NCBI GenBank assembly: GCA_027604505.1
Contig: JADIIX010000103.1
Location: 55,899 to 75,898, forward strand
Direction of reading: 5' to 3'
DNA: 20,000 bases
From: Gonapodya sp. JEL0774
Lineage: Eukaryota
Shown: one piece after another, positions 11,180 to 20,000 of the stretch
Layout of the letters: each line of letters begins with the position of its first letter
How positions within the stretch are numbered: position 1 is the stretch's first letter
Made by a program: the position numbers and the translations under genes
Notes under the pieces: model-generated
Told to the model about the DNA's origin: nothing
Seen by the model: the letters and a program-made list of their open reading frames with translations, nothing else
Database searches by the model: none

Positions 11180-11583
11180 TTCTATCGTTCAATGTCGTAG
11201 CGCATTTTTCTGATTTAGTAATGTGATGCATATTGTCAAAGTATGAGTGCCCGTGCGGATCAGTGGTCACCATTCAGCCAGGGCAGCTGTCACCATCCTC
11301 CAACATAACGGACCGATTCCCCCATCTGACCGGTTCCCTGCTCTCGAGCTCGGCGTATCTTTCTGCTGCGCGATCGAAGATCTCATCGCGCCGTCGATCG
11401 GGAATCTCCACGTCTCTGAACCATTCGCCGCTGACGGTTCAAATCCAGCAGTTCTTTGCTTCTCATCGCTGAAGCCGACAATTGGCAGGGTCAAGCAATT
11501 ATAAATAAAAACAGGTTGCCGCATCGTGCTTTATACCAGAAGAATCCTCCAATTCCGAACTTCAACCGTCTGCTGCTCTTGCG

Positions 11584-14500
11584 ATGGCGTCAATGCAGTC
11601 CGAAGTTGTTTTCTCACCGGGGAAAGCATCAACCGCTGGATCCTCTCAGCTTCCGCCAAGGGAGCTGCCCGAATCTAAGGAGACAAATATACAGGTTGTT
11701 GTCAGACTCAGGTGAACAATGAAGCCGTTCGATTTGTCTTTGGGCCATTCAAATCATCGTTCCAAACATCCTTCATACCCTTCCCTCTGAATTTCACACC
11801 GGACCATACCGAAATGACTAATGACAAGGCCACGGTCCACCAAAGAAATCCGAGACAACTCGCCGGCCCTTATCACAGCCGGCGGCTCGGGAGCAATTGG
11901 GCGCGAAGTTAACGTCCGAATGTTTTCGAGTGAGGCTACACACAAAACGTACACGTTTGACCGAGTGTTCGGCCCAGAAGGTGAGTTTGCTGACCATTGA
12001 AGCAGACCCCAGAGAGCAGAACGATTCTTGAGTACAACTCGAAAGTCTGAAGCGCACGCAAACAAGTTGGCATCCCTACTTTGTGATCAAAGTGGACTGC
12101 GCGCTGTCCTAGCTTTAGTTGCAACGCATCCGTAACCGTTGTCTCTTGCCGCCTCTGTTCCGCTCACTCAGCTGACCAAGAGAACATTTACAATGGCGTC
12201 GTGCAACCAATCCTTGAAGAAGTTCTCATGGGCTACAATTGCACTATATTTGCTTACGGTGAGTGGGTTCAACGGATTCCTCTATTTCGACCTTCCCTCT
12301 CAGACTACTCGCGTACCTCTATTCCTCAAAAATGCTACAATGACAGGCCAAACTGGCACAGGCAAGACGTGTGTTATTCACGTTTGATTTGCACTTTTGG
12401 TAACCTCATTTCAGTTCGCATGGTTCCTTGTACCCCCTTTCAGCTACACTATGGAGGGCTCGCTCGATGCTCTTCCCAACAGCCAAGCCGGCATCATCCC
12501 CCGCTCTTTGCATCGCCTCTTCGAGACTCTTGAGTCCCAGTCCTCTGACTTTTCCGTCCGTGTGTCTATGCTTGAGTTGTATAATGAGGAGTTGCGTGAT
12601 TTGCTCGCTCCCGAAGCTCTCTCCGGTCCAGGGGCTTCTGTAAGCTCCTCGACGGCAACTGGAGCAGTTTTCGACAGCCAGAAGCTGCGACTTTACGATG
12701 AGCAAAAAGGTCGGGGCATTATCATACAGGGACTTGAGGAAGTGTTGGCAAAGAACGTTTGGGATGTGCTGGCAGCCTTGAGGAAGGGGGCTGAGAGAAG
12801 ACAGACAGCGGGAACGCAGCTCAACGACAAGAGTAGCAGGAGCCACTGTGTGTTCTCGGTGACAGTGCACATCAAGGAAGCGACGGCGGACGGAGAGGAC
12901 TTGCTTAAAGTAGGTTGGATGAGTTGGATTGCATAACTCTTCCACAGACCCAATTTCATTCCCCATTAGGTCGGGAAGCTTAATCTCGTTGACCTTGCCG
13001 GCTCTGAGAACATTGGTCGATCTGGTGCAGAAAACAAACGTGCTCGCGAGGCAGGCATGATCAACCAAAGCCTCCTCACGCTCGGCAGAGTCATCAACGC
13101 GCTTGTCGATAAGAGTCCACACGTGCCTTACAGGGAGTCGAAGTTAACTAGATTATTACAGGATTCACTCGGAGGTGAATTGAAGGTGTTGGCCTGAGTT
13201 GGGAGCGGAGTGGCTACAATGCTCACTGACGGCTTCTTTCTTAGGGCGCACAAAGACATGCATCATCGCCACTATTTCTCCCGCAAAAGCTAATATTGAA
13301 GAGTCCCTTTCAACCCTCGACTATGCACACCGTGCCAAGAATATTCGCAATAAACCAGAGATCAACCAAAAAATGAGCAAGAAGGCGCTACTCAAAGAGT
13401 ACGTCAATGAGATTGAACGTTTACGATTGGATCTGCAGGTTAGTTATTTTTAAAGTCGGTGACCGCGAACAGTCACTGCTAACACTGCTTACATCCTGGA
13501 CATCGGGTCGTCCAACCCTTGCTCACGTAAAGGCCAACAGGGAAAAAAACGGTGTCTTTCTTTCCCTGGTTTCATATAACCAGCTGATGGAGTCGCACCA
13601 GAGCGGCCGGGACCGAGTCTCGGAACTTGAAAAGGAAAGACAGGCTAAAGAGGAGAACCTCCGTCGGCGTGACGAAGAAAATGCTCGCTTGAAGGAAGAG
13701 CTGATCCAGCAACGGGAGGCACGGAAGCAGCTTCAATTAGAGCTTGAAGAGTCCCGTGCCGAAACAAAGCGCGTCAAGTCGGAATTGGAACAGACCATGA
13801 TTCGTCTAAAGGAGGAAGAGGTTTTCAGTACTGCCCAAACACAGACGGCCGAAAATCTGAATGTTGTATCCAATAGCTTCAAGGTGCTCATCGAGAAAGG
13901 AGTGGACGAGCTGAACGGTGTTCATTCGAAGTTGGGTGGGTGTTTCCCTCTTTTATTATCTACTTACACGACTCAGCACTTTCATTCGACTACTAGAGCG
14001 GCGTGAGTCACTGGAGGTTGCCAACAACTTGGCGGTTGTGGATTTCAAGATGAGCCTTGGCAAGAAGCTTGCGGACCTCGAGGCCCAGAGTACTGCCTTT
14101 ATGACGAAACAGGACCAGATTACTGCTGATGTGTTAAATGTTGCAGGATCATGGCTTGAAGAGTGTCGCAAGGTAGGAGAATGTGTGTGTTGAGGAACTC
14201 GAATATTCAACTAATGTAAGAATCACAAACAGAACGCCAACAAATCTCATTCTCTTGTTGCAACTTCCCTTGCAAACTTGAACGACATAATCTCCCAATT
14301 TTCGAGCGATGCTTCTCTTTTGCTGAGCAGCAAAGACACTGGTCTAGTGGCAATTCTTCAACGTGCGATGGAGGCGGCTCGGGTTACACTGCTTGCCCTG
14401 AACTCCTATCAACAAGATTCTGAGACTGCGTGGCATAAAACCTCTCACATATTGGAGATTAGTTTAACAGGATGGCGCCGCGATGTTCGGGATGCGGTCA

Positions 14501-16234
14501 CGGAGATGGGCAGAGAGTGCAATGAGCTTGCGGAGCACATAGCTTCTGCTATCGAAGTGTGGGGTGGTGAAATCACTGGCCTGGCCCATGAGATTGGCTC
14601 TCAACTAGAGAACGAAAACCAGAGATTACAAAGGGAGTCACAAAGTTTGCATAAATTGCTGAAGGAAACTGCGGTGCGGGAGGCCGAGGAGAGAGACATG
14701 CTGCTTGCTCGAATAAGTGGACTTGTTACAGAATTTGCATCCAATCGGATGGGGGAAATGGGTGGCGCGGTAAAGAGGGCATGTGATCAGTTTGCTGAAT
14801 CCGGTCACGTTGGAGCGGACATTCGGGGGCATCTTGCCTCTAATGCAGGGAGAGTGGCAATGGTGATGGCAAATCGGGGAAAAGAGTTACATGGTGATAT
14901 TCTTAAGGTTTCAAATATGGCCCAGGAGACCGAGCATAAGTTTTCGGTAACAGCGCAACACATACGTGCCGATCTGGCAGAGCTGCAGGATTCACAGGAA
15001 GCTGTCACCAAGGCCTTCTGTACAGAGACGGAGATGAAATTGCTTACGCTGGAAGGGTGTACTGGGCGAGATGGTGAGTATAACTGTCAGATTAATTCTT
15101 GTATGGTTTGATACATCAATTTCGAGGTATTTTTGCTAGCCATGCAGTCAGTCTCTGCTCTAAGCGAGCACGTTTCCGAGAATACAGCGCAAGTACGAGG
15201 AGCCCTTCAACAGTTCTCAGTATCAAGTCAGAACCTGTCTTCTGCCTTCCTGACGACGTCTGATGGGAAGATGAAGGAGATCGGACGCGAGGTGCGTTTT
15301 CTCTGTTCCGAGAAAATCCTGAAGTGCAGACTTCACATTCTCACCTTGCTCAGACCGACGCGTCCCTGACTGCGTCACGGGACTTACACCAATATCTTGC
15401 AATGCTACGCGGCGAAGTTTTGGCGGACCAGGACTCAATGCTAACCAGGAGGTTCCAAACGTACTCCCCCATCGGCTCCACCCCAAGGAAACGCTCCTAC
15501 AAATGGCCGACATTGTGGGAGACCGTAAAGGATCGAGGTGATTATGTTTCTGTATCTAAGTTTACATGGGAGAAAGCGTTCACACAAAATTTGTTCGTAA
15601 ACCAGACACGACGCTCACTCAATACCGGCAAACTGGCTCCACCGGATCCAGGTCCACCGCCTCTCCCAGTAGTATGGGTTTCGCGGTCATCGATGAGTCA
15701 ACTCAGAGTCCAATCGACTTGTGGAGCAGAGTCACGTATCAACAAGACGAATCGGCGGGCAAAGAGAACACTTCCCCTGTTGTGCACACAAAATCGCCAT
15801 TCGCCAGCCCCTCGCTAGAAATTTGCAGTCAGTTGGAGGAAACTGCCCGAGCTTGCTCCCCGCTGTCTGACTTATCTCCCCCTGTCCTACCACCATTGGC
15901 CGTTCCCGAACCAACTTATCCCTCTACATTACCACAGACAAAACAAAGGCATATCGTATCCCCTCCCCTTCGCCCTTCGGGCAACGTTGTCAACCCCTCA
16001 ACTTCCTCTATCCCATCACGACCACCTTCTGCTAATGACATCTACGGTGCCTCACTGCCGCATGGCGCTACCTCGAAGCCGCACGAACGGGTGATCCGAT
16101 CACGTATACCAGCACCCTCGTCTGCGGACCTGCTGTCGGGGAGAGGTCAATCAGGTGCTGGGTCTACCGGGACTGGAGCAGCTGGAAGGTTAAGAAGGGG
16201 TGCGATTACTGGGTCCGTGACGGGAGGGAAATGA
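11584..16234 (+). CDS. bimC: Kinesin-5 (BimC/Eg5/Cut7 family) mitotic motor
   Basis: 13 exons: 11584-11711, 11829-11980, 12172-12258, 12347-12368, 12444-12909, 12970-13174, 13245-13438, 13533-13935, 13997-14172, 14233-15073, 15140-15291, 15354-15537, 15606-16234. Motor motifs: [62 protein letters not shown] and [19 protein letters not shown]. These are followed by the neck [17 protein letters not shown], a long coiled coil and a BimC box ([13 protein letters not shown], about 15461-15499). Confidence 0.95.
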
Positions 16235-16590
16235 GGTCTTCGGAAGCACAATTCCAGTGAGGTGTGAAGGGAAACATGATTCCAGGCCAAGCACTTGCGC
16301 ACGGATATGTGCGTTTTCATGCGTGAGAGCTCGTGTTTTCAATTGTTTATTTTGTTGAAATCACAGAGGGAACAGCATCTTGTTATTCCGCTGCAATAAA
16401 TTCATATCATTTCTACACACAACCTCGCCACTGTTTCGCTGGTAGCACAAATGTCCAAGAAGGTGTTGAGAGTGTTTTATTTACGCAGAACAGTCACCGG
16501 ATTACCAATATAGAATCAACTGCGCCGTCCACTACACGTCACTACCTCCAGAGTAAAAATTGGGGTTATCCAAGTTGGCCGCCGATAAGC

Positions 16591-17508
16591 CTACGCGGAT
16601 TCTGGGTACTCTTTGGGTGCAAGCTTGTCCTGGTATAAAGGCAATGGAGATGAGCGCACCGCAAGCCCAGATTATTGCCGAAATGGGCATCGGCTCCACT
16701 GCATCATGAACGACAGCAAGACCGCATGCAATTCGCTTCTCTTCTACCTCATCCGTCCTTCCTGCTTCTGCGATTCCAGAACTTCCGCACTCACATGTCT
16801 GTAGTTTGGTGGGAAAGGCCATCCGAACGGTTCGCCGCGGGCAGCGAGGCGGCGTTCTGCTTCTACGCGGGCCCATTCGGTAGGACTAAGCGACGGAGAT
16901 ACGAGTTGTGTTGAGAATACGTCAACATTGTGATCAGGGGTGAGGTGGAGAACCAGTCCGAGAATGTCACAACAAGGAGAATCCTACAAGCTCACAGAGA
17001 AGCACCGTGCCACTTTGCGTTTCATAGACCATCCATCGTAGAAGGTGGGCGTGTTTGCGCGCTGCAGACATAATATGACATAATATCCTCCACACTCCTT
17101 TAGGATGTTCCCACACCCCTCCTCCCGAAATCCTCCGCATTCAACGTCATGGACTCCAGTAAAAACCAGGACACTAATGATTACTACTCGGACGAGAAAC
17201 GCTCACCTGGAGTTGGGTTTGTAGCTATAAAGTACGCAGAATACAAGCGTTGCTCCTGCGAACCCAAAGTACATCGGAATTTCCCACCACTCCCGGGGAG
17301 CTTTGGTGCCAGGCTGCATCGAGACGTGAATAGGACAGTCGTAGAATATCTCTCAGATGCAATTTGAGCGGGAGTTCACCTTCTGGTTGAACAGGTAACC
17401 TCCTGGCTCATATGTAGGACCCTCTCCCCCCGCCCGAGCAGCCCTGGACGCGTGGAAGTGTCGTCGGGGAGACAGCGACGGTGCTAAACGGAAAATGCGG
17501 GACGCCAT
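16591..17508 (-). CDS. NDUFB11: Mitochondrial complex I accessory subunit NDUFB11/ESSS (about 121 aa)
   Basis: Exons (minus strand): 17508-17380, 17313-17207, 16885-16795, 16629-16591. All junctions are GT-AG and phase-compatible. The protein is MASRIFRLAPSLSPRRHFHASRAARAGGEGPTYEPGGYLFNQKPGTKAPREWWEIPMYFGFAGATLVFCVLYSYKPNSSPTEWARVEAERRLAARGEPFGWPFPPNYRHDKLAPKEYPESA. It has an Arg-rich presequence, the P-x-GYLF and E-x-WE-x-P motifs, one TM helix and KP-x-S...WA..EA.RRL, as in fungal ESSS subunits. Confidence 0.88.
17067..17086. repeat. 10-bp perfect tandem duplication (GACATAATAT x2) in NDUFB11 intron 2
   Basis: The sequence gacataatat gacataatat is read directly. Confidence 0.8.
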
Positions 17509-17608
17509 CTTGGTCGGTTCAAGATTTCTGCCAATTGAAACTATGGGTGCACAGCCCATTTTTGTGATCTCGAGTTCCACAAATCCCCACTCCACTCTTG
17601 CAATCAAG
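17509..17608. promoter_or_regulatory. Putative bidirectional promoter and 5' UTR region shared by NDUFB11 and ATP18
   Basis: Only 100 nt lie between two divergent ATGs (17508 minus, 17609 plus). Both start codons have the identical context CAAGATGGCG. The region contains CCAAT at about 17531. Confidence 0.6.
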
Positions 17609-18522
17609 ATGGCGCCCCACGTGTACCCCACGTATCCCATCCCTAAAACCCGCGTCTTCCTTGGACGCGAGGTGTGGCCGACCCCGTTCTACAAGCTTGT
17701 ATTCCCGTTCATTTTCACCTTCACTGGATTGGTTTTCCTCAACCGGTTCCTGGTAACAACGATGGAGAACGGTGAGTCTTCTTCGATGTTGGGTTATATT
17801 CCGAATAAAATCATGCCAGAAATCGCAGAACGATGTGGGAGGATGTAGATTACAATCCGATATATTTCTAACCTCGGTTCTGACATCCCTTGGCAGACCC
17901 TTACAACAAATGGAACCGTCAGATGTGAGCAACTTGTCTTTTGATGGCTTTGATGGTTCTTGTACCGCTACGGCTGTGTCCGGCACGCAATCGACACCGA
18001 ATGAATCATAGTTACACAATCGGGAGGGCATCCATAAGATTTTCGGGAGTGAATGGTTTAAAGGACTTTGGAGTCGATATTACATTCCGCTTCTGGTCGG
18101 GGTGTTTCTATGAGCCTCCAGGACACTGCATATCAAGGTCATACTTTCTTGATTGGAACTGAATATTTTGGGTTGGACTAGAGCGACATCGTTCTGCTGT
18201 GAATGCGCTGTAAAAGTCCACCGACCTTGCTTAGCTATTGTTCGTGGAGGAGGAATTCTCGCTCTGGGCGGGATATCTGGATGCCAGTTGTTCACTTCCC
18301 GCGGGAAGGCATCCGAGCTCGATCTCTGCAAGTTGTACTCATCGTCTCTACTCTCTAAATTTCCCTGCTTCCCCTCCCTACGCCGGCGACATCCTTCCTG
18401 TGTTTCCTTGACGCAGTGAGATTGTCAACGCTGACTCCGCAAGGGGCAAGCTCAAAAATGAGGCGGCAGCCTGGTATCAAGAACAGAAGAAGAAGGCAGA
18501 GAGTGGCGCATCGCACCACTGA
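17609..18522 (+). CDS. ATP18: Mitochondrial ATP synthase subunit i/j (Atp18-like), extended form of about 98 aa
   Basis: Exons: 17609-17771, 17897-17924, 18417-18522. The protein is MAPHVYPTYPIPKTRVFLGREVWPTPFYKLVFPFIFTFTGLVFLNRFLVTTMENDPYNKWNRQIEIVNADSARGKLKNEAAAWYQEQKKKAESGASHH. FLG...WPTPFYKLVFPF followed by a TM helix and DP-x-N resembles fungal subunit i/j (FPTPILKVYWPFF...NDPRNP). Exon 3 is preceded by a strong polypyrimidine tract and CAG and is in phase. Confidence 0.72.
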
Positions 18523-19102
18523 GCATGGTGGTTGTTTTACGGAAGGAGTGAAGCTAGGGCCTTCAGTAATTGATTGTATGGACAATAGAGTGTGGACCGA
18601 GCCTACAACCACGTCTGTAGCATCTCATAACCCTTTTCTGAGCGGTAATAGTGCATATGCTTCTATTGTTGGAAGTAATTAGTTTGACGGTTGATTTTTT
18701 TTGCAATCGGTGTGTCTGAGGGGTGAGCTCCTCATCAACTTTGCCGTGTCGCAGCATCCTGCCGGCTGCAAACCCCGTGAGCTGATAAGCACAAATGAGA
18801 CAATTCACGAAATTTGCTCTTGAAGGCATCTTCGAATTTTAGATGTTGGAGTCCAGTCGGCAAAATGGATTCACATATACACAATGAAATGTCAGATTTT
18901 CAGACCACTCTTGGATTTTCTGATTACCGGAAAGTTTTGGAAAGCGATAGGCTTTGATATGTGCATTTGCCCAGGCACTTGCCCAAAGTGTGAAAGGAGA
19001 AACCGGGTTGCTGCGCCTCCCGGCCGCTGTTTCAAAAGGCCCACGTTTTTCTCTTTCACCCTGACATTTTCCATCCACCGTTTCCCAATTTCTTGACACC
19101 AG

Positions 19103-20000
<898 letters not shown>

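Noticed and set aside
11431..11450. GGTTCAAATCC resembling a tRNA T-loop / B-box
   Set aside because: The T-stem pairs for only 2 bp, and no acceptor stem, D-arm or anticodon arm can be built.
612..16234. Functional cell-cycle gene cluster (cdc25, RFA1, kinesin-5)
   Set aside because: The three genes are interspersed with unrelated metabolic and trafficking genes. Without synteny data, chance proximity in a compact genome is sufficient.
18523..19100. ORFs between ATP18 and TEF1, including the Cys-rich 18884-19096
   Set aside because: No family resemblance or consistent splice pattern; best explained as 3' UTR plus TEF1 promoter.

Overview
Gene-dense, intron-rich eukaryotic DNA, most consistent with an early-diverging (chytrid-like) fungus. 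That placement is an inference: the window has a fungal-type ATP synthase subunit i/j, a stand-alone PRO2 and an animal-like QDPR, and its introns are mostly 50-120 nt GT-AG. Manual splicing gave ten protein genes. In order: a 5' fragment of a minus-strand MCGI-start Ntn-amidotransferase-like gene; six co-oriented + strand genes (Cdc25 phosphatase, dihydropteridine reductase, gamma-glutamyl phosphate reductase, AP-2 sigma, RPA70, kinesin-5); a head-to-head pair of small OXPHOS genes (complex I NDUFB11/ESSS and ATP synthase i/j) whose start codons are only 100 nt apart; and the 5' part of canonical EF-1alpha. I found no mobile element, CRISPR array, tRNA or rRNA. This is mostly housekeeping DNA and I cannot support a new multi-gene system. 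The most notable points are the very compact divergent OXPHOS pair with its long introns, an extended ATP synthase i/j, SxIP and KEN motifs in the kinesin-5 tail, a tandem splice donor that could switch the Cdc25 C-terminus, and several structured introns or UTRs. Exon coordinates are hand-derived and lack transcript support.
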